Positions 28,057 through 36,279 of a stretch of DNA of 64,000 nucleotides are shown piece after piece. The notes under the pieces are model-generated. The model was not told the origin of the DNA. It ran no database searches and saw only the letters and a list, made by a program, of their open reading frames with translations. Position 1 is the stretch's first letter. Each line of letters begins with the position of its first letter. The stretch comes from a virus (taxonomy: Duplodnaviria; Heunggongvirae; Uroviricota; Caudoviricetes; Demerecviridae): IMG/VR virus record IMGVR_UViG_2974499565_000001, positions 38,703-102,702 of that record. One strand, given 5' to 3'. Made by a program: the position numbers and the translations under genes.

Positions 28057-28437
28057 TAATTTAAAAGACTAGTAAATCGGTAGACGAAAGCCCAAGCATC
28101 TTACCTCGCAGCAGCGGTTGAAATACGAGGTTAAATAAGACCGCCGACCATACTATAAAGTATAATCTATTGGAGATTATGTTTATTACACCAGCCTCTT
28201 AAGCTGAACTGTAAAAAACGGTCGTTGGTAGTACCAACACAACTTCAAAGATCAACGCTCAAGTATGAAAGCTGAAAAGTTAAAAGCACTCAAACTTCTA
28301 ATCTTCTAAAGCTAAAAGATGCAAAGTATTCGTTGATGATTCAAACCCTAGATCAAAGGTACATGGCTCATAAGATATGGCCTGTGGCGCCTCTAGGCTG
28401 TTTATCGGTTTACTAGTCTCTCAATTTAAAAATGTAT
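28057..28437 (+). ncRNA. Candidate structured non-coding RNA region bracketed by an 11-bp inverted repeat
   Basis: No ORF of 60 aa or more on either strand. AGACTAGTAAA (28066..28076) is the reverse complement of TTTACTAGTCT (28409..28419), giving a long-range closing stem. Confidence 0.3.
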
Positions 28438-28470
28438 TTGCTAATTAGTTTAGTTTTCTATATAATATAT
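28428..28470 (+). promoter_or_regulatory. Phage early-type promoter
   Basis: TTGCTA (28438..28443), 17-bp spacer, TATAAT (28461..28466), then AAATTGATGAGACGAGG. Confidence 0.6.
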
Positions 28471-28496
28471 TTTTAAATTGATGAGACGAGGCTATT

Positions 28497-28814
28497 ATGA
28501 TTTTTCATATTCTGATTGATGATGTTCGTGACCTGCATGGGATGGATATTATCATTCGAACCCCCGAAGCCGCTATTGAGTTTCTGAATACAACCGATAC
28601 CACCGGACATTTCGTTTATATGGATAACGATCTGGCTGTAGATGGTATGGAAGGTTATCAAATTCTTCGATTACTCCTAGAATTTGGTCAGAGACCCAAG
28701 AAAGTGGTACTAGTAACCTCGAACCCAGTAGCTAAAGAGACCATGCGTAATGATCTCCTAGACGAAGGGTATCAAGAAAGCCCTAATCGTATTGAGTACG
28801 ATTGGCCGGAGTAA
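28497..28814 (+). CDS. Receiver (REC/CheY-like) domain-like protein
   Basis: 'ILIDDVRDLHGMD...VYMDNDLAVDGMEGYQILRLL' resembles the REC pattern of acidic N-terminus, phospho-acceptor Asp, and 'MPxMxG'. Confidence 0.35.
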   Translation: MIFHILIDDVRDLHGMDIIIRTPEAAIEFLNTTDTTGHFVYMDNDLAVDGMEGYQILRLLLEFGQRPKKVVLVTSNPVAKETMRNDLLDEGYQESPNRIEYDWPE

Positions 28815-28819
28815 ATAAA

Positions 28820-29269
28820 ATGAAGGCAGCTTTGCTTTTAATAGCTGCCCTAACCTATAGCTTCAATAGTCATGCGACCTACGACTCAAAGCAGATTGAT
28901 TGCATTGCAAAAAATATCTACTTCGAAGCACGAGGTGAGGGCACTAAAGGAATGATCGCAGTTGCACAGGTTACTAAAAACCGTGTTAACTCTGGTACTT
29001 TTCCTGATTCTTACTGTAAAGTAGTATATCAGTCTAACCAGTTCTCTTGGGTGGCCAAGAGACCAAAAGTTGATAAAACCGATGAGGCTTGGCAAGTTGC
29101 TAAGAATTTAGCTAGAGTGATATACTACGTTGATTTACCACAAGATCCAACACATGGAGCGTTATACTTCCATAGTGGTAAAGATAAACCTTATTGGACT
29201 AAAGTATTTAAGAAAACAATTAAGATCAAAGGTCACACGTTCTATAAACCTGTCTCCCAAGAAACTTAA
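28820..29269 (+). CDS. Secreted cell-wall hydrolase (SleB/Hydrolase_2-like)
   Basis: Signal peptide 'MKAALLLIAALTYSFNSHA'. 'NIYFEARGE...AVAQVTKNRVNSGTFPDSYCKVVYQSNQFSW' is typical of SleB-like lytic enzymes. Confidence 0.5.
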   Translation: MKAALLLIAALTYSFNSHATYDSKQIDCIAKNIYFEARGEGTKGMIAVAQVTKNRVNSGTFPDSYCKVVYQSNQFSWVAKRPKVDKTDEAWQVAKNLARVIYYVDLPQDPTHGALYFHSGKDKPYWTKVFKKTIKIKGHTFYKPVSQET

Positions 29270-29312
29270 AAATTCGATTGCTTAATGCTTTAAAAATCTG
29301 TATAATACTTTC
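29270..29312 (+). promoter_or_regulatory. Phage early-type promoter
   Basis: TTGCTT (29278..29283), 17-bp spacer, TATAAT (29301..29306), then ATAAATTAATGAGAGG. Confidence 0.6.
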
Positions 29313-29337
29313 ATAAATTAATGAGAGGAAGCGAAAC

Positions 29338-29508
29338 ATGAAATCAGTTGTAATTATTGGTGTTAATACTCGCGGTATTCGTACTACTAAAACTGTTAAA
29401 ACTGCTAAGATTTCTGATGTTACATCAAACCCTAGCAAGTTTGATTTCGCTAAAGTCTCGGCAGTTATGACTGAAAAATCTTTTAATCAAACACTGGAAG
29501 CAAAATAA
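29338..29508 (+). CDS. Small hypothetical protein (56 aa)
   Basis: ATG with RBS GAGAGG. Below the ORF-track cutoff. Its stop overlaps the next start as TAATG. Confidence 0.35.
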   Translation: MKSVVIIGVNTRGIRTTKTVKTAKISDVTSNPSKFDFAKVSAVMTEKSFNQTLEAK

Positions 29509-29942
29509 TGGGCGAAAATATTCTAATGACCCTTTGTGGACTGCTTAGTTTAGCACGTATCCACGGTGATAAAGAACGAGCACTTAATCTTCAGACTATG
29601 ATCGGCGATTTGCAGCGTATTGATAAAGACGTTGTTTCTCGTACTGAATTTGTAGCTTATCTAAAAGCTCAGGTTAAGGCTCTAGAAACTGCAAAACAGC
29701 GTGCTATTGAAGTTGGTACGAAAGTTCCTGCTGATGTAGACTATGAGCAACTGCTATATTCCATGCTGCAAGAGTATCAGCCAGCTCAGTTGACTGAAAC
29801 TGAGATTCGTAAATACTTTGCAGAACTGGTCAAACTGAACCCAGGTATCAACAAAGGTACTCTGATGAAAGCGATTAAGGAAGAGTTCCCTGGTCGTTAT
29901 GATGGTCGAATGGCTGCTCAGATTGCTGGCGAATTTAATTAA
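29508..29942 (+). CDS. Hypothetical protein
   Basis: 144-aa ORF. Confidence 0.45.
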   Translation: MGENILMTLCGLLSLARIHGDKERALNLQTMIGDLQRIDKDVVSRTEFVAYLKAQVKALETAKQRAIEVGTKVPADVDYEQLLYSMLQEYQPAQLTETEIRKYFAELVKLNPGINKGTLMKAIKEEFPGRYDGRMAAQIAGEFN

Positions 29943-29985
29943 AAATTGATTTGCTAAATGCTTCAAAAATTGATATAATAATCAC
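29941..29985 (+). promoter_or_regulatory. Phage early-type promoter driving a ~970-nt ORF-free region
   Basis: TTGCTA (29951..29956), 17-bp spacer, TATAAT (29974..29979), then ATAAATTAGAGAGAAC. Confidence 0.6.
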
Positions 29986-30950
29986 ATAAATTAGAGAGAA
30001 CAGCGAGCCGATTACGCTGAACTTGTCTTAGTGCAAGATGCGTCGAACATTAAGATTCGTTGAATAGAGTCGGTGGGTTAGATTGCAAAGCGTCGATTAA
30101 TCGAAGAGGCTGGGTCTGTAAAACGAGGCGTCTGAAACCTCTCCTCTAAACTCTTCTCTCGATTTATTTATGGTGGAGTCCCCCTAAGAATGTGGACGGA
30201 TAGGTTGATACGTGGTGCGGATTAGTGATGTAGAAGAAAAGGCGGTTGCGGGTTTGGGAGCCTGCATATAACTTCCTTACGCTGACAGTTCATATTTCCA
30301 AATCGAAACACGAGTATAGTACCTGACCGGCATTCTCTGCCACCAATTAGTGGGGTGTCGAACTGACTTATGTAATAACACTGCCGTCCTAGTATAGATG
30401 GTAATATCAAGCCGTAACTGGTGGAAGATGCAGGTTCGAATCCTGCGGTCGGTAAGAATTAGATAACTCGGGCTTATACCGGATAAGCACTCGCAGGCAT
30501 GTTTCGCACTGCCAAAACCACGAGGAAACCTGACGGCCTCAACCAAACTCGGAAACTCAGGATCGCCACCTAGTGCGTGCCCTGTTTTAACTTAGAGACT
30601 AGGTACTCCAGCTTCGCATCGAAAATCGGAGGTGCGATTCTACCAGACCGCGTAACTATGAGAGTGGGAAATGCTCACATGAGACATGTGACTAATGGTG
30701 CACAATAGTACAGGTAAACGCGATAACTCCTGTTGAGTAGCAGCAGAAGGTGGGGAGTCATGACCTACGCCTAACCGAGTTCTCCACATATGGAGGACAT
30801 AACCACAAAGTCACCTTGACTTAAACTGGAAGATATTGTCTGACGGAAGGGCTATAGAGCTTAATCTGAGGGGGCTGACCCTACCTACCGCCGGGTATCT
30901 TTAAGAGCTTTTACGAGAGTTCTTAAAAATACCTAACAAAAGGAATAAAT
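29986..30950 (+). ncRNA. Candidate long structured ncRNA region containing a tRNA-like element
   Basis: No ORF of 60 aa or more on either strand for ~965 nt in an otherwise gene-dense genome, directly downstream of a strong promoter. It contains a canonical T-arm GCAGG-TTCGAAT-CCTGC with a partially paired acceptor (30388..30455). Confidence 0.35.
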
Positions 30951-31460
30951 ATGAATCTAGGAACAACCTGTATCTTCGATCATCAAGAAATGTGTTGTCC
31001 TCGTATTCTCCACATTGCGCATTTTCCGGAGCAACTGACACTTGACCAAGCTCGTGAGAAAATGAGTGAGATTACAGGATATAATCTTCGTGAAGGTGAA
31101 TACTTTAGCGTTGCTTTAGACTACATTGATAATACTCGTCTTTATCATCTAACCCAGCTTGGGGAAGAAACTGACGAAGTGAAAATGGCTAAAGATAATC
31201 TTCGTCGTTATCGCCCACAAATCCTAGAACGCACATTACGTGGTGAGCCTAGTGATTACTTCTATATGCGATGTTATGACACAGATGCTGCGCAGTATAT
31301 CAATATGAATCGTTTCTACCATGATGTAAATGACTTTCTAGACAAAAAGTATGATGAACTGATCATACGGTCACGAGCACAACGTGCAGCTAGAAACGCC
31401 GAGAAATCCGCTAGAGCAGCGGTAGAAAGTCAAACTAAGTTGAACGATATTATTAAGTAA
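30951..31460 (+). CDS. Hypothetical protein
   Basis: 169-aa ORF with RBS AAGGAA. Confidence 0.45.
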   Translation: MNLGTTCIFDHQEMCCPRILHIAHFPEQLTLDQAREKMSEITGYNLREGEYFSVALDYIDNTRLYHLTQLGEETDEVKMAKDNLRRYRPQILERTLRGEPSDYFYMRCYDTDAAQYINMNRFYHDVNDFLDKKYDELIIRSRAQRAARNAEKSARAAVESQTKLNDIIK

Positions 31461-31468
31461 TTCATTTT

Positions 31469-31543
31469 CGGGGTGTAGTCTAAGGGATAGGCAGGAGTCT
31501 TCTAAATTCCTTTATGCAGGTTCGAATCCTGTCACCTCGGCCA
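31469..31543 (+). tRNA. tRNA-Arg (anticodon TCT)
   Basis: Acceptor CGGGGTG/CACCTCG with one G-U pair. Anticodon stem GGAGT/ATTCC, loop CTTCTAA. T-arm GCAGG-TTCGAAT-CCTGT. CCA encoded. Confidence 0.6.
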
Positions 31544-31576
31544 ATTTTATTAACTGTAACTAAACAAAGGAAATAT

Positions 31577-32521
31577 ATGTTTACTAAAAACACTAAAGAA
31601 CTGACTTCTGAGCAAAAAGTAATTCGTACTATTAAACGTTGGGGTATTGGTGCTGTAGTTGGTCTTGGTGCTCTTATTCTGGCTCTCAATTCCTATACAG
31701 TTGTTCAGGACGGTACTGTAAAGACTCAGACATTCCTGGGTAAAGTTAGCCCGAATCCTGTACTGCCAGGCTTCCATATTGTCAACCCATTCGCTTCTTT
31801 TGATACTTTTAGTACGAAAGATATTTCCATGAAACTGGATAAACTTCAGGTTCCTAGCCAGGATAAGTTTAAGTCCACTGTTGACATCACCGTTATGTTG
31901 CAGTTCGATGGTGCTAAGGCCCCGATGAACCGTGTTAATGCTGGTACTCAGGATCAGGCTCTGAACAAGTATGTCGAAGAGAAGATGCTGTCTACTATCC
32001 GTGAATTTGGTAAGTCTGTACCAAAAGCACAGGATCTGTTCGACGCTAAGATTCAGGCACAGTTGCAAACTGCAATCCAGCAGGAAGTTGAAGAATATGC
32101 TCGTCCTTATGGTTACACTGTGAAGCAAGTATTCCTTCAGGATATTACACTTCCGCCAGTAATCATGGAACAGGTTCAAAACACCAAAGTTCGTGAAGAA
32201 CAAGTTAACGCCGCTAAAGCTGAACTGGCTCGTGTCGAACAAGAAGCACAGCAGAAAGTTAAGCAAGCTGAAGCAGATCGTTCTGCGCGTGAAAACATGG
32301 CAGTAGCTAACGAACGTGACGCAGATGCTAAACTGTATGCAGCTAAGAAAGAAGCTGAAGCTAACGCCGCTCTGCAACGTACCATTACTCCTGAAATGAT
32401 TCGTTGGAAGCAGCTGGAAGTTGAAATGCTTCGTGCTGAGAAATATCAGGGTGGTGTACCGCAGACTGTAGTTGGTACTGGTTATGATGGCCAGATGATT
32501 ATGGATATGCGTAACAAGTAA
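31577..32521 (+). CDS. SPFH/band-7 (prohibitin/HflC-like) domain membrane protein
   Basis: N-terminal TM 'WGIGAVVGLGALILAL' then an SPFH-like core 'VVQDGTVKTQTFLGKVSPNPVLPGFHIVNPF'. C-terminal coiled coil. Start chosen at 31577, downstream of the tRNA. Confidence 0.55.
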   Translation: MFTKNTKELTSEQKVIRTIKRWGIGAVVGLGALILALNSYTVVQDGTVKTQTFLGKVSPNPVLPGFHIVNPFASFDTFSTKDISMKLDKLQVPSQDKFKSTVDITVMLQFDGAKAPMNRVNAGTQDQALNKYVEEKMLSTIREFGKSVPKAQDLFDAKIQAQLQTAIQQEVEEYARPYGYTVKQVFLQDITLPPVIMEQVQNTKVREEQVNAAKAELARVEQEAQQKVKQAEADRSARENMAVANERDADAKLYAAKKEAEANAALQRTITPEMIRWKQLEVEMLRAEKYQGGVPQTVVGTGYDGQMIMDMRNK

Positions 32522-32544
32522 TAGCCGCACGTAACATTTGAAGT

Positions 32545-32579
32545 AAGCCCGCGTTTCCTCCGAGAGCGCGGGCTTTTCT
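32545..32579 (+). terminator. Rho-independent terminator
   Basis: AAGCCCGCG-TTTCCTCCGAGAG-CGCGGGCTT followed by TTCTG. Confidence 0.6.
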
Positions 32580-32617
32580 GTATAATGTATTTATACAACT
32601 AACTAGGGGATCAAATA

Positions 32618-33136
32618 ATGACTGTTGATGAACTAACAGAACATCTCTTATCTAGAGGGTTTGATACAGATAAATATCACTGCTGGCTAAGCCCAGAAGG
32701 ATGGCTAACAGTCCCATTGTATGACTTCTCTGGGATGTTGAGAGGCTATCAGACTTATAATCCTTCTGCTCCAAAAGGTCATGGTAAATGCCCCTTTGAA
32801 GCTAGATATTTTACTTATTCTACTACACAGTGTGTATGGGGACTAGAAACTCTCAATGGAGACGAAAAAGTAGTATTGATTGCTGAATCTGTATTTAAGG
32901 CAGTTGCGTTACATAACGCTGGTTATCCAGCCCTGGCAATGTTGGGTTCTTCCCCCGGAAAAGCGTTGTTAAAGCAATTGAAATTACTACCTTTTAAATT
33001 GGTAGCTGTTGGGGATAATGATCCTGCTGGTGAAAAATTTGCTAGACAATTAAATGGATTTGTTTCTCCTGTAGATGTGGATGAGATGTCTACCGAAAAC
33101 TTGAAAAATTTTCTTGCTATGAAGCTAAATTTCTAA
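32618..33136 (+). CDS. Toprim-like domain protein
   Basis: 'VVLIAESVFKAVALHNAGYPALAMLGS...VAVGDNDPAGEKFA' follows the Toprim E...DxD pattern. Confidence 0.4.
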   Translation: MTVDELTEHLLSRGFDTDKYHCWLSPEGWLTVPLYDFSGMLRGYQTYNPSAPKGHGKCPFEARYFTYSTTQCVWGLETLNGDEKVVLIAESVFKAVALHNAGYPALAMLGSSPGKALLKQLKLLPFKLVAVGDNDPAGEKFARQLNGFVSPVDVDEMSTENLKNFLAMKLNF

Positions 33137-33148
33137 TATAATATATTT
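33110..33148 (+). promoter_or_regulatory. Phage early-type promoter embedded in the 3' end of the 32618 gene, driving the tRNA cluster
   Basis: TTGCTA (33114..33119), 17-bp spacer, TATAAT (33137..33142). Confidence 0.55.
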
Positions 33149-33156
33149 ATAAATTC

Positions 33157-33245
33157 GGAAGAATAGCATAACGGTATTGCAGCAGATTGCTAATCTGTCG
33201 GTTTGAAATATAGCCTTGTGGGTTCGATTCCCACTTCTTCCGCCA
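33157..33245 (+). tRNA. tRNA-Ser (anticodon GCT), class II
   Basis: Acceptor GGAAGAA/TTCTTCC perfect. Anticodon loop TTGCTAA. Long variable arm. T-arm GTGGG-TTCGATT-CCCAC. CCA encoded. Confidence 0.7.
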
Positions 33246-33251
33246 AATTCT

Positions 33252-33329
33252 GGTTCTCAAGCTCATATGGTATGAGCACCCGGCTCATAACCGGAAGGTA
33301 CGTAGGTTCGAATCCTAGGGGAGCCACCA
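33252..33329 (+). tRNA. tRNA with CAT anticodon (Met or Ile-lysidine)
   Basis: Acceptor GGTTCTC/GGGAGCC with two G-U pairs. D-stem GCTC/GAGC. Anticodon loop CTCATAA. T-loop TTCGAAT. CCA encoded. Confidence 0.6.
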
Positions 33330-33352
33330 ACTTAATTAGAAAGTAGTAAACT

Positions 33353-34036
33353 ATGAGAACTGATATACTCGATAGAAAGGAAGAAATAACTCAGTGGATA
33401 GCTCAGGGAAAATCTAAAGCAGAGATAGCAAGAATGCTATCTTGTGCCTCGAATACTTTAGAAGCATACTTAGGAAAACTAGGGATAGTAATTACTCCTA
33501 CTAATAGGCAGCAGGATAATAAATATAAGTCTGCAATAGAGTATTTATATAATGGCAGTCCTATCTCTTCCTATAGACTAAAGAATAAAATTCTTAACGA
33601 GGGACTAAAACCACATAAATGTGAGGGTTGCGGGCTAGAAAGCTGGTTAAATAAACCAATTCCCTTAGAACTCGAGCATAAAGATGGAGACCACTATAAT
33701 AATGAGTGGGATAACTTAGCCCTCCTATGCCCAAATTGTCATGCACTAACACCTACTCATGCAGGCAAAAATATCGGCAGGTATACAGAAAGGGTGGTAA
33801 ATACATGTGCTATTTGTCATTGCGAAATTAGCCCAAAGGCAACGCACTGTAAGTCATGTACCCCGAAAGAACTAACTATAAATCCAGATATTACTGCGGA
33901 GCAAATAGAGTATTGGGTATCTAAGTATTCCTGGGTTCGTGCCTCCAAAGAATTAGGATTGTCTGACACTGGGTTAAGAAAAAGATATACGTCCTTAACA
34001 GGAAAAGATCCTAAAAGTATTAAGAAAAGTAGGTAG
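33353..34036 (+). CDS. HNH homing endonuclease (full-length member of a 3-gene paralog family)
   Basis: 'LELEHKDGDHYNNEWDNLALLCPNCHALTPTHAGKN'. N-terminal HTH-like 'AQGKSKAEIARML'. C-terminal 'GLSDTGLRKRYTSLTGK' is shared with the 37069 product. Confidence 0.65.
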   Translation: MRTDILDRKEEITQWIAQGKSKAEIARMLSCASNTLEAYLGKLGIVITPTNRQQDNKYKSAIEYLYNGSPISSYRLKNKILNEGLKPHKCEGCGLESWLNKPIPLELEHKDGDHYNNEWDNLALLCPNCHALTPTHAGKNIGRYTERVVNTCAICHCEISPKATHCKSCTPKELTINPDITAEQIEYWVSKYSWVRASKELGLSDTGLRKRYTSLTGKDPKSIKKSR

Positions 34037-34066
34037 TATAATTCATACCAAATTAAGGAAATAAGA

Positions 34067-34234
34067 TGTATAGACACCCACCTCCGCCAACACGTCGTTC
34101 TAGAGAAGTTATTCTCATGGAATTGACTAAAAACTTCAAGGCAACTCTTGAGGATAGAGATTTAGGCACGGATGAAGACATTGATTTTATTTGTAGACTA
34201 TTAAAGATGAAACTGGAGAAACAACATGGCTAAT
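34067..34234 (+). CDS. Small hypothetical protein (55 aa)
   Basis: ATG with RBS AAGGAA. Below the ORF-track cutoff. Confidence 0.3.
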
Positions 34235-34432
34235 CCTGAAATTACCGCACAACGTTTCATGCTTAAAGGCATGATTGCTGAAGCAGGTATGACTCAAGAG
34301 GTTGCAGACTTTCATAAGCAAATTCTTGATATTATAACTCTAGCTAAAGAGACTGGAGAAAAAGAGCACGCAGCAGCAATTATGGCTATATCTCTTATTA
34401 GTCTAGACTTGGCTGAAGAATCTGGAGTTTAG
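34226..34432 (+). CDS. Hypothetical protein
   Basis: 68-aa ORF. Confidence 0.35.
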   Translation: MANPEITAQRFMLKGMIAEAGMTQEVADFHKQILDIITLAKETGEKEHAAAIMAISLISLDLAEESGV

Positions 34433-34457
34433 CTCCTCCAAATAGAATTTTTAAAAA

Positions 34458-34498
34458 TGTACTTGCCTTTTGCTTTAAATTTCTGATATAATAGTTAT
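34458..34498 (+). promoter_or_regulatory. Phage early-type promoter
   Basis: TTGCCT (34463..34468), 18-bp spacer, TATAAT (34487..34492), then ATAAATTGATGAAGGAG. Confidence 0.5.
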
Positions 34499-34522
34499 AT
34501 AAATTGATGAAGGAGTTAACTA

Positions 34523-34798
34523 ATGCAAAATCGTGTTATAGCAACTGGTATTGAAAGTGCAATCTGTAAATCCTGGGAAGGCTGGGAAGGTGAGATTGAA
34601 TGGCTTTATTTCTACGATGTAGAACTTCTGCCGGAAGTTAAAGCTAAATGTGTTGAAGCTGGCATGGCTCCAGATGCAAAAGCTGATATTGATATTTCAA
34701 TGTCTGAACTTAAAGGTTGTGTAATTACTGTTAGTGATGAGGGCGAAGAAGTTTTCGAACTTCCATTCTCCTTAACTGTCACTCCTAAGTTTGACTAA
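34523..34798 (+). CDS. Hypothetical protein
   Basis: 91-aa ORF. Confidence 0.4.
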   Translation: MQNRVIATGIESAICKSWEGWEGEIEWLYFYDVELLPEVKAKCVEAGMAPDAKADIDISMSELKGCVITVSDEGEEVFELPFSLTVTPKFD

Positions 34799-34804
34799 CT
34801 AATA

Positions 34805-34865
34805 CGGCACTGAGCAAGTTCTTTAAAATTTGACTTGCTCAGTGCCTTAAAACTTGGTATAATAT
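34805..34865 (+). promoter_or_regulatory. Promoter overlapped by a 13-bp-stem hairpin
   Basis: GGCACTGAGCAAG (34806..34818) pairs with CTTGCTCAGTGCC (34836..34848). The 3' arm contains the -35 TTGCTC (34835..34840). -10 TATAAT at 34858..34863. Confidence 0.5.
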
Positions 34866-34987
34866 TTATCTAATTTGGAAACATATCTGAATGAGAAGTA
34901 ATTAAGCGAGTTGCTTTTAGGGGTAAAGTCAGGAAATCCTGAAATATTCCACCTTTAGTTTAACCGACTTACTTTTCATTCAAATAT

Positions 34988-35080
34988 GGGGGATTGGCTC
35001 AGTGGCGACGGCGACGGCGACGGCGCCTGGCTGTAGACCGGGTATATCACGCGGAGGTTCGAGTCCTCCATCCCCCACCA
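34988..35080 (+). tRNA. tRNA-Tyr-like gene (anticodon GTA) with a (CGACGG)x3 tandem repeat in the D-arm region; 93 nt
   Basis: Acceptor GGGGGAT/ATCCCCC perfect. Anticodon stem CCTGG/CCGGG, loop CTGTAGA. T-arm GGAGG-TTCGAGT-CCTCC. CCA encoded. The D region is ~12 nt too long because of the hexamer triplication. Confidence 0.5.
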
Positions 35081-35098
35081 AATTACTAAGGAAGTAAT

Positions 35099-35644
35099 AT
35101 GCACAATAAGTTAATAAATGAGCTTCAAAAAAGACAAATAATAACAAAAACTAAGGAGTTTGATATAACTCCAGATTTAATAGTTGAATGTTCGAAAGTT
35201 TACTTAGAGTTAAGTAATACAAAGGCTAAGAAAGTCTCTTTAGGAGATCTTAGATATAATGTTAAACTATTGTGCTTATCCTTAATTAAATTTAAGCAAG
35301 AAAATAAACTTCCCATAAAAGAAGGCTTCATATATTTTATAGCAAATAAGGCGTGGCCCAACTATTTTAAGATTGGTATGTCAGCTAACCCAAAGAAACG
35401 CTTAGCGAGCTATCAAACATATAGCCCTTTTAGGGATTATACAATGCTACACTGGTCTTTCTGGTTTGATAGAAAGGAAGGCGAAAAGTTTGTCCATAGT
35501 CTCTATCAAGATAGAGATCATGAATGGGTTAAGTTGCCCCGAAGAAAACTAAATAAAATATTTGAACAAATTAATAAACTTTCTGGCTTGGAACACTTAG
35601 TACAGAAAGTTAATAAAGAAATAGTTAATGCACCTATCGTCTAA
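35099..35644 (+). CDS. T5orf172 (GIY-YIG-like) domain protein
   Basis: 'GFIYFIANKAWPNYFKIGMSANPKKRLASYQT'. Its 3' end overlaps the tRNA-Glu 5' end by 15 nt. Confidence 0.55.
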   Translation: MHNKLINELQKRQIITKTKEFDITPDLIVECSKVYLELSNTKAKKVSLGDLRYNVKLLCLSLIKFKQENKLPIKEGFIYFIANKAWPNYFKIGMSANPKKRLASYQTYSPFRDYTMLHWSFWFDRKEGEKFVHSLYQDRDHEWVKLPRRKLNKIFEQINKLSGLEHLVQKVNKEIVNAPIV

Positions 35645-35704
35645 TGGTTAGGACATCAGGATTTCAATCTGAGAATCGGAGTTCAATTCTCCGTAGGTGT
35701 ACCA
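35630..35704 (+). tRNA. tRNA-Glu (anticodon TTC)
   Basis: Acceptor GCACCTA/TAGGTGT with one G-U pair. Anticodon stem TCAGG/TCTGA, loop ATTTCAA. T-arm CGGAG-TTCAATT-CTCCG. CCA encoded. Confidence 0.55.
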
Positions 35705-35789
35705 ATTTCTGCATTCCTAGAGTGTTACTGGACAGCATGTCGGTCTCCAAAACCGTACGGTCTAGGTTCGAGTCCTAGTAGGTTTGCCA
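35705..35789 (+). ncRNA. tRNA-like element with no resolvable cloverleaf
   Basis: A perfect T-arm CTAGG-TTCGAGT-CCTAG precedes a terminal GCCA, but no 5' acceptor partner or anticodon stem could be found by hand. Confidence 0.25.
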
Positions 35790-35795
35790 AAAATT

Positions 35796-35870
35796 GCACC
35801 TTTAGCTGAGATGGATTAGCGCTTGCCTGAAGAGCTTGAGAGGTTCGTTCAATTCGAACAGGGTGCACCA
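35796..35870 (+). tRNA. tRNA-Phe (anticodon GAA), tentative
   Basis: Acceptor GCACCTT/AGGGTGC. D-stem GCTG/TAGC. Anticodon loop CTGAAGA with U33 and R37, but the stem has two U-U mismatches. T-arm GTTCG-TTCAATT-CGAAC. CCA encoded. Confidence 0.45.
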
Positions 35871-35892
35871 ATTAATCAATACAAGGCTTATG

Positions 35893-36270
35893 GAAACAAA
35901 AACGTGTAATAAGTGTGGAAATACATTTCCCTTGAGTACGGACTACTTCTTTAAAAGTGGTAAGCAAGTCTCAGGAAAACAAAAATGGAAACCTATGTGC
36001 AAACAATGCGAAAGTATATCTCGTATTGAATACTATAATAATACAATTGCCGAGGTTTTTCCTGATTTACATTGTGCTGTTTGTGGGTATGACAAGTGTC
36101 CACAGGCGATTGATTTTCATCACTTAGAGCAGGATGATAAAGAGTTTAATATTAGCGAAGCTAGGCGTGGTACGTTTAATAAAGAAAAACTAATAGAAGA
36201 ACTTGAGAAATGTGTACCTCTATGTTGTAGGTGTCACAGAGAATATCATGCTGGCGTTATTGAGCTTTAA
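35893..36270 (+). CDS. HNH endonuclease with N-terminal zinc ribbon
   Basis: 'CNKCGN...CKQCES', 'CAVCGYDKCPQAIDFHHLEQ...CCRCHREYH'. Start chosen at METKT (35893), downstream of the tRNA. Confidence 0.6.
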   Translation, partial: ETKTCNKCGNTFPLSTDYFFKSGKQVSGKQKWKPMCKQCESISRIEYYNNTIAEVFPDLHCAVCGYDKCPQAIDFHHLEQDDKEFNISEARRGTFNKEKLIEELEKCVPLCCRCHREYHAGVIEL

Positions 36271-36279
36271 ATTGAAAAA

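Noticed and set aside
31550-32530. 326-aa minus-strand ORF antisense to the SPFH gene
   Set aside because: Leu/Phe/Ser-rich low-complexity translation with no RBS. The plus-strand gene has clear SPFH motifs, TM and coiled-coil features. Antisense artefact.
34996-35025. Tandem CGACGG x3 repeat considered as a possible mini-CRISPR or repeat array
   Set aside because: Only three 6-bp units lie inside a tRNA-like gene, with no spacers and no cas genes anywhere in the window. Better explained as slippage within the tRNA D region.
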